Below, piece by piece: positions 18,266 to 26,637 of a stretch of 64,000 nt of DNA (its first letter is position 1; every line of letters starts with the position of its first letter). The DNA comes from an uncultured Ignavibacteria bacterium. GTDB lineage: Bacteria > Bacteroidota > Ignavibacteria > SZUA-365. The notes beneath the pieces were generated by a model. That model had not been told where the DNA came from, ran no database searches, and saw only the letters and a program-made list of their open reading frames with translations. Location of the stretch: NCBI GenBank assembly GCA_913061095.1, contig CAJXVM010000004.1, forward strand, positions 127,556 through 191,555. Direction: 5' to 3'. The translations under genes were made by a program, and so were the position numbers.

Positions 18266-19606
18266 TCAGGCAAGGGGCTTTCTCGCCTTGGTGTGGAAAT
18301 TGCTTGTCTTACGGAACACCGGCTCAACCGGCTCGCCGCGCAGGCGCGCGGGAAGCTCGCCTGCATCAACGGCATCACGGAGCAGGCCGAGGACCTCGCG
18401 GTATGCCGACAGCGTGTACGCGACGTCGTCATCGCTGTGACTGAATGACATGTTGTGGAAACCGGACCACAGGATGCCACGTTTGATCATCTCCTGCTGC
18501 ACGTAGGATTTCTGCAGCAGTGGATCGCCGGCGGATGCATCGAAGGTGACGATGGTGCGGGGAGCGAAACCCTTGCATCCGACGTACGGCATGCTCAGCT
18601 CCGCGGCGATGGCATTGACACCGTCCCTGAGTTTTCGTCCCTGATGGAACAGATGTTCCTGCACGTTCCGGCGGCGCATCTCCTCGATCGTGGCTCTGGC
18701 CGCTGCCAGCGAGAGCGCCTCTCCTCCGAAGGTCGTGTAGAAGAAGACATCCTGCTCGCAGAGCTCCATGATGTCTTTCCGCCCGGTGAGGATGGATAAG
18801 GGCATGCCGTTTGCGACCGCTTTCGAGAAGCAGGCCAGATCGGCCTTGATCCCGAAGTATTCCTGTGCCCCGCCCAGTGCGAGACGGAATCCCGTCCACA
18901 TTTCATCGAAAATCAGCAGTGTGCCGTTGCGCTCGCAGGCATCTTTCAGCTCGTGCAGGAAGTTGTTCTCTGGCGCATCGAACACCACAGGTTCGAGAAT
19001 CACGCATGCCGTGTCCTCATCCAGCGAATCAATGACGGATTGAATGTCGTTGTAGTTCACCGTGTACGTGAGATCACGCACCGCCTGGGGAATGCCCCGG
19101 TTGCGGTCGGTCACGGCAATGTACCAGTCATGCCAGCCATGGTAGCCGCAGCAGAGCACCGTGCTGCGGCCCGTATACGCTCGCGCCAGGCGCACCGCGG
19201 CGGAAGTCACGTCGTTGCCCGACTTGGAATACCGCACCATGTCCGCATTGGGGATGACCTCGCGGAGCAGTTCGGCGACCTCCACCTCGAGAGGATGCAC
19301 GAGCGAAAAGGTGATCCCACGCTCGAGCTGCACGCGAATGGCATCATCGACGGCGTCGTATGCGTATCCGAGCGAGATGGGACCGATGCCCATGTTGTAG
19401 TCGATGTACTCGTTTCCGTCAACATCGACGATGTGCGCCCCCTTCGCGCGGTCGATGAACTTCGGAGCCGCGCCGCGCACATACTGACCGGGACCCTTGG
19501 CGAGTGTCTGCGTCTGGCTGGGGATCAGTCCGAGCGCCCGCGCATACAACGCGTCGGATTGTGTGATATCGGGATAGTCCTGGTTGAACGCAATGGTATT
19601 TGGCAT
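18266..19606 (-). CDS. Class-III PLP-dependent aminotransferase (glutamate-1-semialdehyde aminomutase-like)
   Basis: GNEYIDY...SGNDVTSAAVRLAR...LIFDEMWTGFR...FSKAVANG contains the PLP lysine. Confidence 0.8.
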   Translation of the reverse strand: MPNTIAFNQDYPDITQSDALYARALGLIPSQTQTLAKGPGQYVRGAAPKFIDRAKGAHIVDVDGNEYIDYNMGIGPISLGYAYDAVDDAIRVQLERGITFSLVHPLEVEVAELLREVIPNADMVRYSKSGNDVTSAAVRLARAYTGRSTVLCCGYHGWHDWYIAVTDRNRGIPQAVRDLTYTVNYNDIQSVIDSLDEDTACVILEPVVFDAPENNFLHELKDACERNGTLLIFDEMWTGFRLALGGAQEYFGIKADLACFSKAVANGMPLSILTGRKDIMELCEQDVFFYTTFGGEALSLAAARATIEEMRRRNVQEHLFHQGRKLRDGVNAIAAELSMPYVGCKGFAPRTIVTFDASAGDPLLQKSYVQQEMIKRGILWSGFHNMSFSHSDDDVAYTLSAYREVLGLLRDAVDAGELPARLRGEPVEPVFRKTSNFHTKARKPLA

Positions 19607-19612
19607 GGTGTC

Positions 19613-20578
19613 TCAGAGATAGGTTTTGAACAGACTGCTCGTGTGATTGAGCATGGGTTTTTTGTCTCGATCTCCCTCCAGTGCTCGCAGAATGCGCACG
19701 GCAATGGCGCTTCCGGTGAATCCCTCATGTTCGAGCACGCGGTCGAGCGTTGCCGGTGTGAACCAGCGATGCTTCAGCGCAATCGGAAGGACGTCGGCCG
19801 TGAGCTGCTGCTGCATCATCAGTTCGGCGAGGATGGTGGTCAGTCCGCCCGTGAGGAAATGATCCTCGAGCGTGACGACCAGCGAACAGTCGCGGACCGC
19901 GGCGGCGATGGTTTCTTCATCTATCGGTTTGAGGCTCCGCAGGTTGATGACGCGGCATGCGAGGCCCTCGGCGTTCAGAAGCGTTTCCGCCGCGAGCGCT
20001 TCGCGCAGCAGAAACCCGTAGGTGAGAATGGCGACGTCATTGCCGTCGGTGAGTGTTTCCGCCTTCCCGATTGCAAACGGCGCGTGCGCCGTGACGGCCG
20101 GGAGGGCGTTGAAGCGCACATAGGCGGGAAAGGGGGATGCGACGATCCGCGGCAGCGCTTCCAGCATGTCGTCGTTGTCCGCGGGCGCGAACACCTGCAT
20201 CGGCGGGATGCCGCGCATCAGTGCGATGTCTTCAACTGCCTGGTGTGTCGGACCGTTTCCGTCCGACAGGAATCCGGGGACGGCACCGATGAGTTTCACT
20301 GGGAGCCCAGGAATCCCCACATCCGTTCGGATGAATTCGAATGCGCGAAGTGTCAGGAAAGTTGCCAGCGCATGCACGATGGGGATTCGTCCCCGCAGGG
20401 CCAGTCCGGCAGAAGCACCGACCATTGTCATTTCACTGATACCGACATCAATCAGTCGATCGCCGACGTGAGGAGGAAGATTTCGGATTGCAGCGCGATT
20501 CTCCGCGGTCATGATGACCACACGCTCATTCTCTGTGGTCATCTCTCGAAGAAGTTCTTCGTATGTCATGGTATGCAT
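19613..20578 (-). CDS. Transketolase C-terminal section (pyrimidine-binding + C-terminal domain subunit)
   Basis: It resembles split-transketolase subunit B, with GISEMTMVGASAGLA and a PTHQAVEDIALMR-like region. Confidence 0.75.
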   Translation of the reverse strand: MHTMTYEELLREMTTENERVVIMTAENRAAIRNLPPHVGDRLIDVGISEMTMVGASAGLALRGRIPIVHALATFLTLRAFEFIRTDVGIPGLPVKLIGAVPGFLSDGNGPTHQAVEDIALMRGIPPMQVFAPADNDDMLEALPRIVASPFPAYVRFNALPAVTAHAPFAIGKAETLTDGNDVAILTYGFLLREALAAETLLNAEGLACRVINLRSLKPIDEETIAAAVRDCSLVVTLEDHFLTGGLTTILAELMMQQQLTADVLPIALKHRWFTPATLDRVLEHEGFTGSAIAVRILRALEGDRDKKPMLNHTSSLFKTYL

Positions 20579-20607
20579 TCAGCTGCTGGTGAAGGAGAAT
20601 GAGGAAT

Positions 20608-21465
20608 TCAGCGCACGTGAAGCGTGTCAGAAGTCAGGGCCGCATTGCCGATGCCATGCAGCTCATCGAGCAGCATGTCGACTTCCTCCGCGGTGAAATT
20701 GACGAACCACCGGTCCGCCCGCGCCTCGATGCTCGGAAGACCCTTGCCGCGCACGGTGTCGGCGATGATCATGCTTGGACGCCGCTTCTCAAGCGGCAGA
20801 TCGGAAAAAACCTCGTCCATTGCGTCGAAAGAATGCCCGTCGATCCGGCGCACCGCCCAGCCGAAGGAAGCGAATTTCTCCTCGAGCGGCTCCAGTGGAA
20901 TCAACTCCTCGGTGCGCATGTTCGCCTGGAACCCGTTGCGGTCAACCACCACCACGAGATTATCGAGCTTGTGCGCGCCGGCGACAAGGCAGCCTTCCCA
21001 GATCGATCCCTCGTTGAGTTCACCGTCACCGAGCATGACAAACACGCGGTTTGCGGCCTTGCGCAGCTTGATGTCCAGAGCAACGCCGATGCCCACCGAC
21101 AGCAGATGTCCGAGCGACCCCGAGTGGAATTCCACCCCCGGAATGTTCCGGTTCGGGTGCCAGTAGATCGAATCGTTCGTGCGCAGGTGATTGCCCAGCC
21201 GCGCTCCGTCGATGTATCCGAGTTCGGCGAAGGTCCCGTAAACAGCCGGGACATCATGCCCTTTCGAGAGCAGGAAGTAATCCCGGTCGGGATCGTCAAC
21301 GCGGTCCGGCGCGATGTTGAGAATCCTGCGATACAGGTAGACGATGAGATCCGCGCATGACAGCGATGCACCGATGAAACACCCTCCGTCGGTCGCCAGG
21401 CGGATGATGTGTTCACGGACCCGCATCGCGGTTTGCAGCAGTTCCTGTTTTTCAGATGCGTTCAT
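20608..21465 (-). CDS. Transketolase N-terminal section (TPP-binding subunit)
   Basis: GHDVPAVYG...GSLGHLLSVGIG...GDGELNEGSIWE is the TPP-binding motif. The likely start is the internal ATG at 21465; the ORF track extends to 21513. Confidence 0.75.
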   Translation of the reverse strand: MNASEKQELLQTAMRVREHIIRLATDGGCFIGASLSCADLIVYLYRRILNIAPDRVDDPDRDYFLLSKGHDVPAVYGTFAELGYIDGARLGNHLRTNDSIYWHPNRNIPGVEFHSGSLGHLLSVGIGVALDIKLRKAANRVFVMLGDGELNEGSIWEGCLVAGAHKLDNLVVVVDRNGFQANMRTEELIPLEPLEEKFASFGWAVRRIDGHSFDAMDEVFSDLPLEKRRPSMIIADTVRGKGLPSIEARADRWFVNFTAEEVDMLLDELHGIGNAALTSDTLHVR

Positions 21466-21484
21466 GGAGTTTCCCGTTTGCGTT

Positions 21485-22321
21485 TTATGAAATGGCGAGA
21501 GAGCCGCGTGCATCTCTCGACCGTGGTGTGCGTGTTCTGTTCGCGTCGATGGTCTTCAGCTCACTGAGATGGTGACGGTACCAGTTGACGCCTGCATACA
21601 CATCGTTGATGCGAGCCAGCTCGGGTTCGCGCTGCAGCAGCCCGAGAATGTCGTCAATGCCGAAGCGCGGTGCGCCCTCCGAATACAAGGCGTCGTAAAC
21701 CTTCCGGATAAACTGGTAATCTTCGGGGTAGTCGATGGTCCAGCGATGCGACATGGAATAATCGAAGCCGCTCTCCCATGTAACGTTCCCGATGCGGTAT
21801 CGATCGGGCTGCTCCCAGATGAACGGTGTGGTGTGTTCGCGCTCCAGCGGTCGGGAAGCCTTTTTCCACGCCTCATGCAGTATGGCGATCGGCATCACCT
21901 CGACGTCATTGCCGTCTGGCCAGCTCGCGGGATGAAGATTGCTGACATAGTCGTAGCTCCGGTGATGCGCGATCCAGTACGACAGCACCCGGTCGATGAC
22001 CGCAGGATCAATCAGGGGACAGTCGGACGGAATCTTTACGACGACGTCTGCGTCATAGAGCAGCGCTGCGCGATAGTGCCGGTCGAGCAGGTCGAACGGA
22101 TCACCGCTGTAACAGGGTATGCGCTGCTGGCCGCACAGCACCCGGATATCCGTGTCGTCGGGATCCGTCGTCGTCGCAACCACGACCGTCATTGGAGTCC
22201 GTGCCATTCGAACCCGCTCCACCATGCGCAGAAGCAGCGGTTTGCCCGCAAGGGGGAGCAGCACCTTGCCCGGCAATCGGCTGCTCCCCGTGCGTGCCTG
22301 AATGATGGTGATGATATTCAT
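21485..22321 (-). CDS. Acylneuraminate cytidylyltransferase family protein (SpsF/PseF/KdsB-like CMP-sugar synthetase)
   Basis: The true start MNIITIIQARTGSSRLPGKVL is the classic CMP-Kdo/NeuAc synthetase N-terminal motif. The upstream 81 codons of the ORF are a non-coding extension. Confidence 0.75.
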   Translation of the reverse strand: MNIITIIQARTGSSRLPGKVLLPLAGKPLLLRMVERVRMARTPMTVVVATTTDPDDTDIRVLCGQQRIPCYSGDPFDLLDRHYRAALLYDADVVVKIPSDCPLIDPAVIDRVLSYWIAHHRSYDYVSNLHPASWPDGNDVEVMPIAILHEAWKKASRPLEREHTTPFIWEQPDRYRIGNVTWESGFDYSMSHRWTIDYPEDYQFIRKVYDALYSEGAPRFGIDDILGLLQREPELARINDVYAGVNWYRHHLSELKTIDANRTRTPRSRDARGSLAIS

Positions 22322-22325
22322 GCTG

Positions 22326-23384
22326 TCAGCTCCGCATCGTGGAGAAAAGACGTGCAACGTACCGCAGGGGACGTACCCCGCCCTGATACAGCGGAGCATT
22401 GATCCAGCGGTCCGTCCGCCGTGATGTTGGTGTGTCTGCGAGCACGCTGCGGCAGACGTCGGCGATATTGCGTGCGGAAGTCCCGCCGTTCTGTATCGGT
22501 GTCTGCCGGCGCAGTTCCTCCATGTCGAATTCCGAGTACACTTCCTTGCCGAGTGCGAGGCCAATGTATACGACAGTGGAAAAGCGCGTGATGAGTACCT
22601 CGCAGTTTGCGATCATGTGCTCGATATTGCCATCGGTGAAGACGAGCGCGTCTGGGACTTCCTCTCGAATTTCCTGGATCGCGCGTGCATGATTCTCATT
22701 CGGGTGGAGCTTGAAGATAAGCTGCCGCCCGGCGGCGACCTCCCGGCTGCGCCGGATCAGCCTGCGCCTGTTTTCGAACTTGAAGGTTTCGCGCGCGTCA
22801 CTCGTCGCTACGAGCACGAAATCCCGATGCGGAAAATCGTTGTCATGGAACTGCGCGCAGTTATCGAAGTTGGGAATACCGGTCACTTCCAGTTTCTCCG
22901 GTGTTACCCCCTTGCGGATGAACAGGTCGCGGTATCCCTCGCTTGCGACGCAGAATTTTTCATATGTGTCGCTGAGTCCTGTCGTGGCCGTGCTCGCGAG
23001 ATACCGTGGCAGACGGAGATGCCTGACGAGATGATAGGCGAAGCCTTCCGGATCGGTCATCCCCTCCTGCACGAGCACGATCGGACAGCGGCGCGCGTTG
23101 CTCGGGACGATGAGATCACTGCAGGTGAGGACGAGGTCATAATCGTTGTTCATGCCGTATTCATCTATCTGCAGATCATGTGACCGCAGGTAACGCAGGG
23201 CACGATTGCGCAGCTTGTTGCCGAGGATCGTGAATTCCAGAAACCCGTTGCGGCTGAGCCAGCGCAGCAGCGCGTCACCGTAGAACGGCGTGAAGAAGTG
23301 CTCCGCCTCCGGCAGGTGCTGCGCGATCTGATGCATCTGTGACGTCTGGTTCAATGATCCGCATATATAGAGAATTCGAGGCAT
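22326..23384 (-). CDS. Hypothetical protein, possibly GT-B fold glycosyltransferase (TagF/KpsS-like) acting on the CMP-sugar
   Basis: Rossmann-like N-terminus MPRILYICGS and a KLHPNE segment. This is cluster context only; no firm family assignment can be made by eye. Confidence 0.3.
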   Translation of the reverse strand: MPRILYICGSLNQTSQMHQIAQHLPEAEHFFTPFYGDALLRWLSRNGFLEFTILGNKLRNRALRYLRSHDLQIDEYGMNNDYDLVLTCSDLIVPSNARRCPIVLVQEGMTDPEGFAYHLVRHLRLPRYLASTATTGLSDTYEKFCVASEGYRDLFIRKGVTPEKLEVTGIPNFDNCAQFHDNDFPHRDFVLVATSDARETFKFENRRRLIRRSREVAAGRQLIFKLHPNENHARAIQEIREEVPDALVFTDGNIEHMIANCEVLITRFSTVVYIGLALGKEVYSEFDMEELRRQTPIQNGGTSARNIADVCRSVLADTPTSRRTDRWINAPLYQGGVRPLRYVARLFSTMRS

Positions 23385-23391
23385 GTCGTTC

Positions 23392-24447
23392 CTACGCTTT
23401 CATGAAAGCGGGTTTGAAAGGATTGACGCGAAGATACGCGAACAGGCTGATGCCGCTGCAGGCCCACAGCAGCTCCTTCCCCCGACGGAGAATGATAAAC
23501 GCGGCCGCGATGGCGGCGGCTTCCGGAATTGCAAAGGCCGTCAGTATGCTGAGGATTCCGACCTCCTGCGCGCCGATGGCGGACGGGATGAAGAAAAAGA
23601 CAAGCTTGACCACGGAAAGCGTTGCCTCGAGAGCGATTGCCTGCATGATGCTCATGCCGGATCCCAGAAGTGCCAGGATCAGCCAGGTTTCGAACGCCAT
23701 GGCGAACCAGCTGAGCAGAAACAGCAGCAGGGCGCGCAGCAGTCGCGTGCGGTGATGGCGCGCGAAGCCCGTCACATACCGGTCGATGTCTGCGACGGCA
23801 TTGCGGATGCGCGCAGCACCGCGCTGCAGCAGGGGAATCCGAATGCGTCCGAGCAGCGCGGTGATCTGTGTCAGCCGCGCACCGCTGTATGGCAGAGAAA
23901 GCACGATCCCCGCGGAGGCGGCGAGCAGGAAGGTTCCGGCGATGGAGGATGGGGATGAAAACAGTCCCAGCTCCCCGAGCGATGACGCGTGAAGCGAAAA
24001 TGCGAAGATCAGCCCGGTGATGATGAAACCGATCTGCGCGACGGCGATGTTGATTTTCGACAGCAGCGTCGATGCCACGGCGTCGGTCATCCGCAGACCG
24101 AACCGATCACGCAGCAGCAGCGGACGCAGGGTTTCCGCGAATGCGACGCCGGCGGGGAAGGTGTTCATGACGGCATCTGTCGACAGTCGGATGACGAACA
24201 TCTCACGAAGCGGCACGTGCTCACTTCCTGTCACGCACTGGCGCCAGCCGGCCGCGTCCAGAAGGATGACGGTACCGTAAGGAAGAACGATCAGTGCTGC
24301 CGCACCGCCGATCCCCTCAAGCAGACGAAGCACCTGCGCACCGTCCAGTTCACGGAACTGGCTCCATATGAACCACGCGAGCACTGCCACAATGAACAGC
24401 CGGACCGCATTCAGGAGCATCGATCGTATGGATGGCCTGGATACCAT
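23392..24447 (-). CDS. Lysylphosphatidylglycerol-synthase-TM-region (UPF0104) flippase-like integral membrane protein
   Basis: ~8 predicted TM helices, 351 aa, with the typical LPG_synthase_TM architecture. Confidence 0.6.
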   Translation of the reverse strand: MVSRPSIRSMLLNAVRLFIVAVLAWFIWSQFRELDGAQVLRLLEGIGGAAALIVLPYGTVILLDAAGWRQCVTGSEHVPLREMFVIRLSTDAVMNTFPAGVAFAETLRPLLLRDRFGLRMTDAVASTLLSKINIAVAQIGFIITGLIFAFSLHASSLGELGLFSSPSSIAGTFLLAASAGIVLSLPYSGARLTQITALLGRIRIPLLQRGAARIRNAVADIDRYVTGFARHHRTRLLRALLLFLLSWFAMAFETWLILALLGSGMSIMQAIALEATLSVVKLVFFFIPSAIGAQEVGILSILTAFAIPEAAAIAAAFIILRRGKELLWACSGISLFAYLRVNPFKPAFMKA

Positions 24448-24541
24448 GGGGTGAAGCTACACCGCACATGTTCCGGGCGCATTAATTTCCGGTAAGTTTC
24501 TTGTAGCGTGAGGGAAACAGGATGCTAACAATCCGCTGTCG

Positions 24542-25342
24542 CTACCGCGGGGGATTAAGCATGGCGATCACCCTGGCGTGCAGGGCGGGATGGGCCGCGA
24601 CCAGACTGTTTGAGGAGAGAGGGTCGTCACCTTCCCATGACGTGATCATGCCGCCGGCACCGCGGACGATCGGGATCAGCGCGTGCATGTCCCAGGGATT
24701 GAGCAGCGGATCGGTCATGATGTCGGCGTATCCGGAAACCAGCAGTGTGTATCCATAGCAGTCTCCCCAGCTGCGGAAGATGCCGGCGGCGGCGGCGAGC
24801 CTGTCAAAGGCCTGTCCGTTCCTGTGTTTCCAGACATCCACGTGATCGGTCACCAGCACGGTCGCGTCACGAATGCCGCGTCCTGTCCGCATGCGGACGG
24901 GCGCACCGTTTCGGGTTGTCGAGTGTCCGTCACCGACGAAGCGCTGCTGCAGCCGGGGCATGTTGATGCAGCCAAGCAGCGGCTCTCCATCCGCGCAGAG
25001 AGCAATGAGAGTGCCGAACAGTGGTGTTCCGGAAATGAATGATTTCGTCCCGTCAATGGGATCCAGCACCCAGCGCAGGGTGGCGTCCTCCTGATGCGTC
25101 CCGAATTCCTCACCGAGGATGCCATGATCGGGATGTCTGTCCATGATGACATCTCGCATTGCCGTTTCCGCCTCCCTGTCAGCCGCAGTCACGGGTGAGT
25201 CATCTGTTTTCCTGACCACCGGAATCCGGTGATGGTCATACCGCCGGATCACGTCAGCACTGACATCCGCAAGGCGGTGCATCGTTTCGAGGTACGATGT
25301 GGTATCCGCTTCAGAGAGATGGTCACGTGTTGTCGATGGCAT
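24542..25342 (-). CDS. Inositol monophosphatase family protein (IMPase/HisN/CysQ-like)
   Basis: LDPIDGT, GEEF and WD...G motifs. Confidence 0.75.
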   Translation of the reverse strand: MPSTTRDHLSEADTTSYLETMHRLADVSADVIRRYDHHRIPVVRKTDDSPVTAADREAETAMRDVIMDRHPDHGILGEEFGTHQEDATLRWVLDPIDGTKSFISGTPLFGTLIALCADGEPLLGCINMPRLQQRFVGDGHSTTRNGAPVRMRTGRGIRDATVLVTDHVDVWKHRNGQAFDRLAAAAGIFRSWGDCYGYTLLVSGYADIMTDPLLNPWDMHALIPIVRGAGGMITSWEGDDPLSSNSLVAAHPALHARVIAMLNPPR

Positions 25343-25405
25343 CGTCCTTCCGGGGTACAGATGATTCAGGGGGCAGGAAACCCATGATGTCTCCGTGCGT
25401 GGGAA

Positions 25406-26017
25406 TCAGTTCGTGACGTCCAGCGACTCCACCCAGAACACTTCACAGGCGCCGTCACCGGTGTCATCGCGGGAAGTGGAGGAGATCCATCGCCAGCCGT
25501 CCGTTGTGGTGACCTTGACGAGATAACCCTTCATGCGCACGATGCTCCCTTCATGCACGTTGTCGAGCACATCGCGCACCGCGTCATCGGCGGGGAGGAT
25601 GTGCACGTTGGCGCTGGATGTCTCGATCTCCCGGCGCGGGATCGGCATCAGGTCGTTCACTTTCCATTTGTACCATCGATGCCCCTGCGAGATATCCAGC
25701 TTGTCGATCACAAAGGAGTCCGACATGCGGCCCCACCCGAGGGCCAGATCCACGGGAGACAGGTCCCCCTCGCGACCGCTGCTGTATTCCTCGCGACTCA
25801 GCACGCGGGCATGGATGTCGTAATCAGCGAGTGCGGTGACCATGAATTCCTCGTGCAACCACGGTGTTTTCCGGGAGGGCTCGGTCTGCAGGGGCACATC
25901 CGGACACAGGACGCCGACGTCATGCTTGATGACGGTCTCCGGCCAGAAATGTAATACTGAATAGCCCAGTGCGATCGCGATGATGCTCCACAGCAGAACA
26001 CGTTTCCAGATACTCAT
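25406..26017 (-). CDS. Hypothetical membrane-anchored protein
   Basis: N-terminal TM helix VLLWSIIAIALGYSVL. A 4-bp overlap (ATGA) with the upstream lipoprotein gene suggests an operon. Confidence 0.45.
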   Translation of the reverse strand: MSIWKRVLLWSIIAIALGYSVLHFWPETVIKHDVGVLCPDVPLQTEPSRKTPWLHEEFMVTALADYDIHARVLSREEYSSGREGDLSPVDLALGWGRMSDSFVIDKLDISQGHRWYKWKVNDLMPIPRREIETSSANVHILPADDAVRDVLDNVHEGSIVRMKGYLVKVTTTDGWRWISSTSRDDTGDGACEVFWVESLDVTN

Positions 26018-26505
26018 TCACGGTCCTTTCCGGTTTTTGTGGCTGCCTTGCTCTCCTGGAAGAAACGGTCCAGCCGTTCCGCATCGTCCTGCGAATCGGC
26101 AATGCCGGGGATGGTCACTATGAGGACTTCATTCTCAATCGGCATACCGGGATTCTCCACAGGGAAAGTGCGCACGATTGTCCCGTCGATCACCAGCGCA
26201 GCGGTCCTGCCCCGCGAACGTGCGAAACGCCGCCAGCGTGCGTCCTGTGAGCCGGTCAATGTCATATGAAGATCATACATGTCGTCCTTCCCGGGCTTGA
26301 TCTGAAGACGGGAAATATTTTTTCCCGAGACGACGGGATCCCCCAGATGATGCTGCTCGCCGTCCTCATCGGCGAAACGTGCGGCGAGCGGATCCTCGTC
26401 AACGACCTCACGGATTTCCATGAAGTCGGAAAAAACGGGACGTGGAGGAGTGGAAGAACAGGCGGCGATGAGCAGTCCGAGAAGAAGAAGGAACGGAGCT
26501 TTCAT
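26014..26505 (-). CDS. Hypothetical lipoprotein
   Basis: The internal start MKAPFLLLLGLLIAACSS is a lipobox. The terminator at 26578-26618 lies inside the longer ORF-track extension, so the extension is non-coding. Confidence 0.5.
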   Translation of the reverse strand: MKAPFLLLLGLLIAACSSTPPRPVFSDFMEIREVVDEDPLAARFADEDGEQHHLGDPVVSGKNISRLQIKPGKDDMYDLHMTLTGSQDARWRRFARSRGRTAALVIDGTIVRTFPVENPGMPIENEVLIVTIPGIADSQDDAERLDRFFQESKAATKTGKDRE

Positions 26506-26577
26506 AACTCTCCTCTTGGGTGGGACGATGCACGCCGGACCCTGCGTCCGGCTGACTCGCATGTTACGGAGTGGCGT

Positions 26578-26618
26578 GAAAAAAAACAACGCGGTGCGTC
26601 CCTGCGAACGCACCGCGT
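26578..26618 (-). terminator. Intrinsic terminator of metallophosphoesterase gene
   Basis: On the minus strand ACGCGGTGCGT-tcgcaggg-ACGCACCGCGT is followed by TGTTTTTTTTC. Confidence 0.65.
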
Positions 26619-26637
26619 GACATGTTCGACGGTATGG

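Noticed and set aside
16976-22402. Plus-strand ORFs (490, 549, 253 and 277 aa) across the sugar cluster
   Set aside because: Each is antisense to a well-supported minus-strand enzyme gene (SDR/EEP, aminotransferase/TK, TK-N, cytidylyltransferase).
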